Positions 22,777 to 34,300 of a stretch of DNA of 64,000 nucleotides are shown here, piece after piece. This stretch comes from Squalus acanthias (lineage: Eukaryota), in the NCBI GenBank assembly GCA_030390025.1, contig CM059453.1, positions 248,001 through 312,000 on the forward strand. The letters are read 5' to 3'. A program made the translations under genes and the position numbers. Position 1 is the first letter of the stretch. Each line of letters opens with the position of its first letter. Below the pieces are notes generated by a model. That model did no database searches. It saw only the letters and a program-made list of their open reading frames with translations, and had not been told where the DNA came from.

Positions 22777-24565
22777 TTCTATAACACACTCATGGGTATC
22801 ATGCAGTGTACCAGCCCTGCAGCTGCAGCCTGTGACTTGGGCCAAGAGTAACAAGATATATTTACACTTTAAGCTCAAGTTAAATGGCACTGAGGAGATG
22901 GAATATAAAGCATAAAGGAACAATTCAAAAAACTTACATAAAATAGAAAGAGTGACCTTATATCCGGAAGAATATCCTTCTATAATATTCTGGGCAGTGG
23001 TGATCTTCAATACGGAATAATAGTCACCTCGATCGCGCATGCTGATGTCCTTTAACCGGAAGGAATATTGTTTCTTTACCAAATAGCCGGTGAACTCAGT
23101 TCTACCGCTATATTTCAAGGACACGTTGTCTGAATCCCGCGAATCATAGTTAATCGAGACCCCTGAGGTTCCAGGATCATAACCCCCCTTTAACCACATA
23201 CCTTCTGGACTGCGGCCATAGCCGGGATAATCAAATGTACACTGATCTCTGCACATGACCGGTTCACCCCGACACTTTCCACGGCACCTTCGCAGACCAT
23301 CGTGAACTATGCACAACTGGTGAGAAAATAGAAATTAAACACCAATTGAAACCCGCAACAATATAGCAATTAAAACATACCCTGACCGTCAAGTTAAATA
23401 CTATGAATTTAACCTTTAAACATCCACAAACATATTCATTAGTACATCTAATGAAATTCGTGCAATTTTCTCCAAAACTCTCTAAATTCTATTAAATATT
23501 CCGTTACAAGCCAATAAATCATAGTGTAATTATCAAATCAATCCTATATAATACATAATAAAGTTCTGAATAAAATATACATTAAATACCCACTGCGTGA
23601 ATGCACAAATCATTGACTAATCGTATGTTATGTCTGAAACATTGATATTTTGTCTGACATAAATTATTAAAAATGAATATTTTACCTTCGCTAATTATCA
23701 GAATGGAAATAAATCGAATACTCTTCATGACTGTAGGCGGTTGACGATGTCAAAATGACATAAATTGTTTTTATCTCAGATATAAGTGATTTGGTTTCTG
23801 TGTTTGGTCCGCCGGTAATATATTGGAGTTTGTAATGAATCGAATCACAATATTAGGAGGTCAGCTGTTCGCCACCCACCATTCATTGGGAACCGTGGTA
23901 GCTCACACAGCTTTCGCCACTCCTCAAATGTTGGTGATCTAAACTGCTGGAAATCTGGACTCCTCAAATATAACAGTTTACATCAGTGTGTGGCCCAGCT
24001 GTTGCAGGATATATGAGGCTCAACTACCGCTGAAGAAACATGAGCAGAGAATCACCCAGCCACCTCATCATCTGCACAGTTACAGGACAGGCAGTGGCAC
24101 TTTAGATTGCAATAGCTAAAATAGCCTCTACATCAACTTTAGACGCCTCAACTCTCAACTCCCACACTCTGAGCTATTTATCAGCGCTTGAACTGCGAAT
24201 GTTTCAAGTCTGAAGCTGTGGTTATTTCTGTAGCCGTTGTCGACAGACGTGTGGGTTGATCACCTTCAGTAGTTCGGGGGCACAACACGTATCTGAAATG
24301 TCAAAATTTCAAGTGTTTCTCAGAAGACAGTTCAAGAGCGTAAAGTGCAGTTCTTAGAAGTGACTTCAATTCTTTATATTAACAGTCCAGCGAGCTGAAA
24401 TCTGCTGAAATTAACTCATTGAGATCCGAGTTGCTACAATGACGGGTTTATGAAGTTTCTGAGTTTAGTGCTAGAACTCTGAGGTGTGACTTGAGCTTTT
24501 AGATTCGAGTCTCAGCGCTGCTGGAAATAATGTGGATATTTTTATTTACGGGACCAAATCCCTGC

Positions 24566-25200
24566 GATGTGTTTTCAGACCCAGGTCTCAGCTTGGCTTT
24601 CCTGACTAGTTTAGGGATGTGTTTTCAGACCCAGGTCTCAGCTTGGCTTTACTGACTAGTTTAGAGATGTGTTTTCAGACCCAGGTCTCAGCTTGGCTTA
24701 ATTGACTAGTTTAGGGATGTGTGTTCAGACCCAGGTCTCAGCTTGGCTTCACTGACTAGTTTAGGGATGTGTGTTCAGACCCAGGTCTCAGCTTGGCTTC
24801 ACTGACTAGTTTAGGGATGTGTGTTCAGACTCAGGTCTCAGCTTGGCTTTACTGACTAGTTTAGGGATGTGTGTTCAGACCCAGGTCTCAGCTTGGCTTT
24901 ACTGACTAGTTTAGGGATGTGTGTTCAGACCCAGGTCTCAGCTTGGCTTCACTGACTAGTTTACGGGTTGTGTTTTCAGACCCAGGTCTCAGCTTGGCTT
25001 TACTAACTAGTTTACGGGTTGTGTTTTCAGACCCAGGTCTCAGCTTGGCTTTACTGACTAGTTTAGGGATGTGTGTTCAGACCCAGGTCTCAGCTTGGCT
25101 TTATTGACTAGTTTAGGGTTGTGTTTTCAGACCCAGGTCTCAGCTTGGCTTTACTGTCTAGTTTAGGAATGTGTGTTCAGACCCAGGTCTCAGTTTGCTT
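24566..25200 (+). repeat. 50-bp minisatellite, about 12.5 units
   Basis: Unit GATGTGTGTTCAGACCCAGGTCTCAGCTTGGCTTTACTGACTAGTTTAGG. Confidence 0.95.
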
Positions 25201-25699
25201 TAACAATAAAATTAGCCATAATGTCTGGTCAATCCCAGAGTGGCGGTTGGTGCAATGCAACCTGCTCAATGAAGCTCCGCACAAGGCCCAGTTTGCTTTG
25301 TTGCCGAAAGTTGAAATGATGTGTGGTCAACTTCGGGGCTCAGTTTGGGTTTAACGCTGACTGTTCATATGGTGCATGCTCAGTTTCTCACTCGTTGCGG
25401 CTGCACCGAGTTGAGTTTGTTTACACCGTGTGCCATTATAACAGCAGAGGGGAGGTGTGTATTGCTGGGTTCTATTCAGCGCCTCTGTAGTTGTGGTTAC
25501 TGCAGCACACAGCCCACTGCTATCTATGACGTTCTTCGGTGTGAATCATTCTGGACAATTGAAACAGAATGAATGTATTTGCGGTTAGGCAACATCCGCC
25601 TACAGTGCAAGCTGAATCTTTAAAGGACCTGTTGTGTGTTCAGCTCCACGTTTAAACTGTAGTTCAAATTGAGATCTCAGAACATCCATCTTCACAATA

Positions 25700-26115
25700 T
25701 ATTGCATCTGAATCAAGATGTCGTGGGTTCCAAGTCCCACTCCAGAGCCTTGAGCGCAAAATCCATGTTGACATTCCCAGTGCACTATTGAGGGAGTGTT
25801 GCACTTGCGCAGAAGCTGCCTTGCAAATGAGACGGTAAACTGAGGCCTCTTTGGTGCATTAAAAGATCCCAAGCCACTCCTTCTGAAAATGGGAGTGTGG
25901 TTCTCCCCGCTGTCCTGGGTCAGTATTTATCCCTCAATCAACCACACCAAAACAGATTATCTGGTCGATGTCACATTGATGATTTTGGGGGACCGTGTTG
26001 TACGCTAAAATGGCTGCTGCGATTCCAACGTTACAATACTTCAAGAGTACTTCATTGGCTGTAAAGCGTATTTGGATGTAATGTGTTTGTGAATGACGAT
26101 GTGTAAGTACAAGGG
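25700..26115 (+). mobile_element. DeuSINE copy (others at about 1500-1840, 19915-20170, 41295-41640, 54160-54412, 59540-59950)
   Basis: gggttccaagtcccactccagag..gacattcccagtgcactattgagggagtgttgcac..aaaagatccc..tcattggctgtaaagcg. Confidence 0.7.
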
Positions 26116-27944
26116 CATGAAGTATCCGCTCGAAAGCGGTCCTTTTCGGCGCAATTCCCCTGATATCGCCGTAATTTTAAAAACATCGCGCTAGAACTTG
26201 TCAGCTGGGGGGATTTATATTCAGTGCATTAAATAAATCTGTAATTAAAAAGCTAGCATCAGTAATGGTGAACATGAAACTACCAGATTGTATTAAAATC
26301 CCATCTGGTTCACTGATGTCCTTTAGGGAAGGAAATCTGAGTCCTCACCTCATCTGGCCTATATGTGACTCCAGACCGACAGCGATGTGATTGAGTCTTA
26401 CCTGCCCTCTGAAAAGGCCTAGAAAACCACTCAGTTGTACCAAACCACTGCGAAAATATCGGCACTGTGTGAGTACCTTCACGACATGGACTGCAGCGGT
26501 TCAAGAAGGTGGGTCACCAACACCTTCTCAAGGGCAGTTAGGGGTGGCCAATAAAACCGGCCTTACCAGCGACGCCCACATCGCAGGAACCAATAACTAA
26601 ATAAAAAAAAGAAGCAGGCCCATCCAATCTACTGGCCACGCCACAAGAGTGAGTAAACTCTTTTGTTTGTGTGCTCTAATTGTGATCGTTTCCAGGCCCA
26701 AAATTAAACTGGATTTTCTTTGGCACTAATATGTACGTTTTGAAGGGTATTGACTGAAAATAAATGATTCTAAGGAAATGACTACTGCATCCCAATCTAA
26801 CTAGAACATACTTTTTTCTATATTTTTTTAAGTAAATTTCAAATATAATCGGGTTACTCACAGTTGGTGGATTGACACCGTGATTCAAAATTGTTCTTTC
26901 TTGTGATAATCACATTTTTAATTGTATTAATTAAACTTTACAAAGTTAGCACTCTTAAATTTATCCAGGCATATTTTAAGCTTTTCTTTTAAAACATTAC
27001 ATTAGAATGTGCAATTTGCTACCGCAAGGAATAATTGAGGCGAGTTACATAGATACATTCAAGGAGAAGCTGGAACAAGATATGAGGGAGAAAGGAATAG
27101 AAGGTTATGCTGATTGAGTTAGATGAATTAGCGAGGGAGATGGTGCTTTTGGTGTATAAACACCGACATATACAACTGGGCCCAATGCCCTGCTTGCGTG
27201 CTGTCCATTCTATGCAATTCTATGTAACTGTAAAACGTCACGAACACATTGAGATGCTAGAGGGAATCTCCCTACTATAGCAACACCATCACGAACACAG
27301 AAAACATGTGCTTTGTATGAAAGGAAATGTATCCCAAGTTTGCTGATGGTACAAAGCTAGGTGGAACAGTAAGCTGTGAGGAGGACACGAAGACTCTGCA
27401 AACTGACAATGAAATTGAGCCATGGTTTGTCCACTGTGTAAATTCGTAATAACTGTGGTAAGATTGCTTTCCTATATGTAAAGTTGTTAAGAAGTCAAAA
27501 TAAGGAAATGTAACTATAGAAACCCCTGTACACAGCTCAGCACGGGTAGCTCAAGCTGAATTATTTAATGCAACTGAGATGTTTTGCGAAACAGCTAGCT
27601 ACTCCTCTTCATACGATAGAGTGTTTAAATGACCAGGAAACAATCCACCTTGAAATCATACGATTAATGACCTGACTTAATATATATCTCCAGGTATAAC
27701 TCCGAGAGCATGAACTGCACACTCGGATCTGTTCGCTTTTGTCTGATCTTTCAATTCAGTCTAGAATCTGCTCTTTCAATTATCCCAAGTACTCTGCCTG
27801 TATTTTTAGGATTACTTCGTGTTATCTTGTCAGAATATCTTTCTTGACAACCGTAAAAGAGCCAATCTGATATTGCTGTAAAATTTGATTTTTGTTTAGC
27901 TCGGTCAGCAAGTTGAGCTAAATGCTCAAAACTAACAACTTCAT

Positions 27945-28380
27945 AAGGGCATAGGTATTAGGAGCAGGAGTAGGCCAAAAGGCCCATCCAGCCTGTTCCA
28001 CCATTCAATAAGATCATGGCTGATCTTCGACCTCAACTCCACTTTCACTCCCGATCCCCATACCCGCTGAGTCCCTTGACATCCAAAAATCTAGCTCAGC
28101 CTTGAATATAGGCAACAATTCGGCATCCACAGCGCTTTTGGGTGGAGAATTTCAAAGATTCATAACCCTCTGAGATAAGAAATTCCTCGTCATCTCAGTC
28201 TTTAATGGCCGGCCCCTTATCCTGAGACTATGCCTCCTAGTTCTATAATCTCCAGCCAGGGGAGACAACCTCTCAGCATCAACCCTGTCAATACACTTCA
28301 GAATCTTATATGTTTCAATGAGATCACCACTCAGTCTTCTAAACTCCAGAGAATATAGGCCCAATCCACTCTATTTCCTC
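27945..28380 (-). mobile_element. CR1 3' fragment
   Basis: GLYSLEFRRLSGDLIETYKILK plus tail; duplicate at 61775-62215. Confidence 0.88.
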
Positions 28381-29029
28381 TCCCATCTATCCTTCCTCTT
28401 GCACTCCGCAGATTTTTACAGGATTATTCTGTCCTAATCAAACTGCTTGAGTTGTCTGAGCTTCATTTCCTACATTTCACTTCTTCACTGTTTACAGGCC
28501 ACTAAGGACATGCTTTGTTTTCAAAAGTTCATCTCTTATTACATTTACTTTCTCAATTTGTACCTATTCCCTTCATTTTCACTGTGCATATCTTGACAGA
28601 CTCCCTCTCGCTCTCTTCCTCTCCCATTCTCTCGGTGCCGAGTTCTACCTAGTTTAGTAAAGGTGGCAGGGATTTTCCACTGGTGGCTTAATTGCAAAAT
28701 GCACCCAGAATAAGCTGGAAATTGCGCCACATTTGACTAGCTAAAGTTACGTTCAAGTTTCCACTCACACTCATTAGCATAAGCTCCCAATGTAAACTCT
28801 CCCATTAAAATGGGAAATTGAGCGGATTCGATGCGTGACTGGAACAGGGGGCATTTCTACAGCATCACAAAGCGGGGTGGGTTTCTTGAGAAATTAACCA
28901 TTCTTACGCTTCTCTGATTGGCCAGTGAGGATGACGTGTCAACAATCTAATAAAAATTAACGCAATTGCCCCATTTTTACGCAGAATCAAAAAGGTCCAA
29001 ATTGTCATTAAATATAAGGAGAAACTTTG

Positions 29030-29275
29030 TGAAATTATAGCATTGTTGGCCGTATCGACAACTATCTCGTCCCTCCGGTGTCCACCGCTCGCGGAAGGCC
29101 TCAGTCATACCGGGAATCACCGCATGCTCCCACTCCAGGGACACAGGAACGTGTTGGGAGGCAGGCATCAGACCAAATGGTCCCCTGGACCGGGTGCTGC
29201 CTGGACCTGTGAATGGCCACCTTGGGCAAGCCCAAGAGCTGACCCACGAGGAGGGCCGGCGACTTCCCCTCCGCA
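29030..29275 (-). mobile_element. Tx1/L1-clade LINE ORF2 C-terminal fragment (duplicate at about 62825-63075)
   Basis: LLVGQLLGLAKV.IHRSRQ and VSLEWEHAV..EAFRERW.PEG, recognised from memory of Tx1-like ORF2 ends. Confidence 0.6.
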
Positions 29276-29289
29276 CTAGTTGGCCAATG

Positions 29290-31343
29290 AGAATTACTCT
29301 GTCTCCCTATATTGACCACACTGATCTGTTTGTCCGAAACTATTGCTTCAATAAATTTTATCTGTGTCTGTTGCAGCAATATTTGTATTTACGACAGGAA
29401 CCTTCAGTCCATTTCACACGTCACAGACCTCATAACTAAATTTCAATAAATGCACTGCAACAAATAGGGTGACATTTGTGTTTATTTTTGCAAAATTACT
29501 GAGCTTGAGTGTGAATGTAAAGAGTTAAATCAATTAGAAGAAAGTTTGTTTACCACAGCGTCAAACGGTTAACTGTCAAACAGCTCCTATCTACGACGTC
29601 AAAGATGCATATTGGAGTGCTCATGAACGAAGGTGACGAAACCACACGTCTACAGAGCACGTAAGCTAACTAACTGTAGTTAACAACTCTTCAACATGCA
29701 TCTCGAATTAGCTGCCAGGAAGCTGAATATGTGTGAAATGTGAGTCAGAGGCTTCTGCAAGCGTGGGCGGTGCTATTCTGACGCAGACGCCAATATATCA
29801 ATATCATAAGTAAAAGTACATTTGGTGTTTGTGTGTGATGTTAGAGAGAGAGAGAAAGAGATGTTGTTTCTGTATGAAGTATACTTTAGCAACTGTTAAA
29901 CATACCATAACATCATATTTTGTTATAGTCGGTCACACGCAGACCATGTACAAGATGTGCTAGCTGCCTACCTCACCAACGGAATTGATGAAGTGAGCAC
30001 TGTTCCTACAGATCGGTAGGAACAGAATCGGACTTCCCCGTTAGTGTGATCCTTATTTGTAAAGATATGCAAGATGTGACTGGAAAGTTGAATGCAGAAA
30101 ACTGAATGCTGTTAATTGTGAAATAGGTTCTTAAATTTGAGAATGAAATCGGCAGCAGATTCCAGCCATGAGGAGTTGTGCGCTCGTTTCGTAGATTTTC
30201 ACTCCAGTGCTTCAGGATGAATCAATCTATGTGCAAAGTGGGCAAATAATCTAATATTCCTGGCCGGGTGGGAAACGTGCGGGAGGGCTCAGCCCAGCAT
30301 AAAACACGCCGCGTTGAATTCAAATAATAAATCAACTGATGACTGACTCTGGCGAAGTTGATTTTGAGATCTGAGCCTCTTGTTCCCAATTAGAATAATT
30401 AGTTCGGTCCTGAACCCACGTCAATTTCATTCCACTTGCTCCCAGTGAAATTTAGAGAAAAAATGTTTCAGAATTACTATGCATCCAGGATTCTGCCCAC
30501 ACTGATCATGTTGCAGGACCTGTTGTTTCAATCATTTTCAGCTATGTATTTTCCAGCGGTGTTTGCATTTTCGACAAAAAACTTCAAGTCCATTTTACAT
30601 GTCCCAGACCTCAAAACTAACTTGCAATAAAAGCACTGCAACAAACAGGGTGGATTTTCTGTTATATTCTGCAAAATTAGCGAGCTTGAATGGGAATTTA
30701 AAAAGATAAATCAATTAGAAGAAAGGCTGTTTACTGACAAGCAGCTCCTATCTCTGACGTCACAGATGCATGTGTAGCGCTCCTTAACGAAGGTGACGAA
30801 ACCACACGTCGACCGACTGCAGCAAGCAAACTAACTGAGGTTAACAACTCTCCAACATTCATCTCGTATTAGCTGCCAGAAAGCTGTATATGTGTGAAAT
30901 GCGAGTCAGAGGCGTCTGCAAGCGTGGGCGGTATCATTCTGACGCAGATGCTAATATATTAATATCATAAGTAACAGTACATTTGGTGTTTGTGTGTGTT
31001 TGTTCGAGAGAGAGAGAGAGATGTTGCTTCGGTATTAAGTATTCTTTAACAACAGTTAGAAATACCATAAATCATATTCAGTAACAGTCGGTCACACGCA
31101 GCCAATGTACATGATGTGCTAGCTGCCTATCTCACCAACGGAGCTGATTGAGTGAGCACTGTTCCTGCAGATCGGTATGACTCGAATCGGACTTCCCCGA
31201 AAGTCTGATGCTGATTATCAAAGAAATCCAAGATGTGACTGGAAAGAAGAATACTGAAATCTGAATGGTGTAAATTGTGAATTGGGTTCATCATTTTGCG
31301 AGTGAAATCGGCAGCATTTTCTAACCATGAGGAGTTGCGTGCT
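29290..31343 (+). repeat. Local direct duplication of the gene B upstream region and first codons (29290-30184 and 30470-31343)
   Basis: Both end in gaaatcggcagca..ccATGAGGAGTTG. The first copy breaks off after 5 codons (ATG at 30168). Confidence 0.88.
30790..31326 (+). promoter_or_regulatory. Putative gene B promoter
   Basis: Lies directly 5' of exon 1. RUNX-like AACCACA near 30800, Ets/PU.1-like ACTTCCCC near 31191 (kept in all three copies), GAAA repeats at 31242-31310. Motif matches only. Confidence 0.45.
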
Positions 31344-31369
31344 GCTGCCTCTCATAATGTTGACAGAAG
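31327..31369 (+). CDS. Gene B exon 1, signal peptide MRSCVLLPLIMLTE
   Basis: ccATGa start, hydrophobic 14 codons + 1 nt, then GTACAT donor. Same 43-nt length and phase as gene A exon 1. Confidence 0.85.
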
Positions 31370-34300
31370 GTACATTTCTGATGCTTTTTTGCAATTTCTG
31401 CAAGTGATTTAGATCTTGCGCGAAAGGAACAGCAATATAACGAATATGAATGATTTTTTTGTTATTGATTTCAGAACTTGTGAAATAGAAATGTCATGAT
31501 TGTTTAACGCGTGCGTTGTTGCTGTATTATAGCGTATACAGCCTATTCAAATAATATTAAAATACAGGGATTTTCAAGTTATTTTTATTGTAAAGCACAT
31601 TTAATAATATTTACTTCATATTGATTGAGTGATTCAAAGGAGATTCAATAGATGTTTAATATTTATTTTGATCAATATTTAATGAGCATTTTTAATGGAC
31701 GTTCTCTTACATGTTAGTGGATATGTATTCGGTTTTTAGATGAGTATTAAATATGTATATTACCGGTTCATAAATCTCCCATCAAATAGGTATTCCTATG
31801 GCCATTTCAATAGGTGTTGTGATTGGAATTTATTTAGTATTTTGTCTTGTTTATGAAAAGTCCTTCACTGATATTTTAATTGCTATTGTGAATGGCGATT
31901 ATTTGTCAATTAACAAATACTTTAATGGATGATAAAGATGCTGAAATGCATTTTGAATGGCTAATTAAAGGGTGTCTAATTTATTTTGCTCAGTTGTTTA
32001 TAGTGCTGCATCCTCTGTGATGATACCAAAAGTTGTGTCGGCGGTGGCCGGTTCATGTGCAGAGATCAGGTGCATGTTTGATTATCCAGTCAATCGGAGA
32101 ATCGCTAGTATGAAGTGGTTAAAGAGGAAACATGCTCCTGGTAACCAAGGTTACTCCATTATCTATGAATCTGAAGATCCATACAGGCAGCATTATAAAT
32201 TTGGTGGAAGAGCTGAGTTCAAGTGTAACATTGAAATGAAACAATGTTCCTTCCTGCTAAAAGATATCAGGAAGAGTGATGAGGGTACATACGAACTCAG
32301 CATAAAGATCGCTTCTGTCTGGGATACTAATAGACTTCGGACTCTGCGTACTGACGTATTTCTTTCTGTATTAGGTGAGTTAACCCTTTGTTCCTTTTGT
32401 ACATTTTTACTCCAGTGCTTCAGTATGATTCAAAATATGTGCAAAGTGGCAAGTATTAAAATGTCCCTGACCGATCTCAAAGGGTAGTTGAAACATAGGG
32501 TGGAGGGATACTGATAAGGGACGCAGATGTCTGATATCCTAAACACAGAAGTATATTGAAATTACAAGAGTAAAACAGGCCGTTCGTCCCAGCCAGTCCG
32601 TGTTGCTGTTTGTCCAACGCATGAGCAACACTCCGAATCGCATGTGCCTGCTCAGTTCCCAAATCCCTTTATTGCAATTCCCTTCAAACAGCTGTCGAGC
32701 CTATTCTGAAAATGTCCACATGAGGATAGATTAGTACTTGTTGACTGAACCTAAAACTGACGTTGTAGGTCGTACTTACAATACTTAAAGCAGCAGCTCA
32801 TTATTTCTAATGAAATGAAAGGTAATGAAACGAGGGCGGTTGCTAGAATGGGTGACTTATCTGGAGTGAGAGATTTGACCAGGGCGGCCATTTCAAATTC
32901 TACTTCAGTCTGCTTCTATCTCCTCTGCCCCGTTGCTTAATAAGTTGAAGCACTTCTGTCAAATCATCACAAAATCAGTTTTAAACTAATTAGACCTGCC
33001 CCAACTTTTAAATAATTTCTTGTTATTTAAAATTCCTCATACCAGCCAGAAACTACGCGAGTCCGCCATAAATCCTTCCTATAGACTGGAGCCCCATACC
33101 CGCATTCTTACTTCAACTGTGAACGAACTACTGCTCTCGTTAGAATCTCCACTATTCTCGAATTTATATTATGGATCTCTTGTCATTAAACCCAGAGCTC
33201 CAGAAACATCATCCTACGCTTTCCCACAGGAGCTGCTGCTTTTACTGTCTCATGAACCTGACCCCAAATTCCTCTGCACCTCCACATCTCCCAGCTTCCT
33301 ACGGTTCAAATGTAAATCTATTGCCTCATATTTTCTGACCTTTAATTATATCTGCCTCTTATCTCCCCATTCTACTATATCTCCAGTATCCGTTTGTAAC
33401 TCGCTTTAGTTCTCTAGTTATCGCCTGGAAGTTGTACTTGCAAGTTTGGCATGGGTGTCAAACTGGCGATATTGGAGGCGCCTCTCATTATACACCTCGC
33501 CCATTTTTCATTTTGTTGGAATCCAATTCCTGCCGGGAAATTTTGACATAATTCTCTTTAGCGCTTTATCCAAATTATTGATGCACCCAGTGAATAGAAG
33601 CAAACCCACAGGACAAAACTCTGGGACACCGTACTGGGATCCAATTATTCTTAGCAACTGCGCTGAACAGCGATTCGCTGCATCGTCACTTCTAAACAGT
33701 TTATATTGCAATTTCTACCTAATCCTTAATTCCAAACCTCTTAATATCTTCTCCAATAATCTCCTGTATTTGCCGTCGGCAATGGCTGCTTGATTACATT
33801 TCAAGTTACTTTTTGGTGAAGCGTCTTTTGACGCCGCGAGTACTTAAAAAGCGTTGAATTAATGCAGTCTTTGTTCGTGCCTTTCCCTATCCAGCGCTTA
33901 TTTACCCCGCTTTTAATTAGATCTTAATTAAAAATTAGATATTTCAGTTACGTGAAAAACAGTTCAAGTTAGGATGTATTTGTTCATTCCAATCCCACGG
34001 CTACAAATGTTATTTCTGCTGAAGCCTTCTTCAGATTGACACTTGAGGAACCTGCTCTGCTTCTCCCACACAAGGTGGTTTTACCTGTCCTTTGTCTGGT
34101 CTGTCCATGTCTTGAGCATTGTCGTTCTATATTGACGTTTCTTGACAACGGAATCGAGATCTCTCTGGGTCTGCATTAATCACCTTCACATAGGCAATTG
34201 CTGGTGCAGAACGAGGTGTACGAGAGGATGAAATATTCGTGGTATTTGAGGAGTTAACGTTAATTCTAATTCCAGCGTGCAAATTTTGTTCACTGGACAA

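Larger units (their letters stand above)
17014..23728 (-). pseudogene. Gene A copy 1: Siglec-like pseudogene (signal, V, d2, d3, terminal ITIM exon; d4/TM/cyt1 missing)
   Basis: Exons: 23728-23686 (MKSIRFISILIISE); 23316-22938 (V, 379 nt, two 1-nt deletions relative to the 381-nt homologues); 18868-18563 (d2, TGA at 18842-18840); 17755-17498 (d3, Cys to TGA at 17687-17685); 17181-17014 (VLYAAV ITIM, distal Tyr to TAA at 17037-17035). Confidence 0.9.
1..31370 (+). repeat. Segmental tandem duplication, unit 1 portion homologous to 39802-64000
   Basis: Colinear anchors at 978/40774, 2808/42595, 17014/51660, 23728/57170 and 31327/63963. The offset shrinks from 39.8 kb to 32.6 kb through indels. 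Confidence 0.97.

Noticed and set aside
22774-23316. 180-aa ORF as an intact V exon
   Set aside because: It is open only in phase 0, but exon 1 ends in phase 1. Two 1-nt deletions put a TGA in the spliced frame.
17014-23728. Gene A as the activating partner of a paired-receptor system
   Set aside because: A has its own ITIM exon (VLYAAV) homologous to B's. No TM exon with a charged residue was found, and A is disabled.
24566-25200. CRISPR-like regular repeats (also 58010-59033)
   Set aside because: Contiguous 50-bp tandem units with no unique spacers, in eukaryotic DNA.
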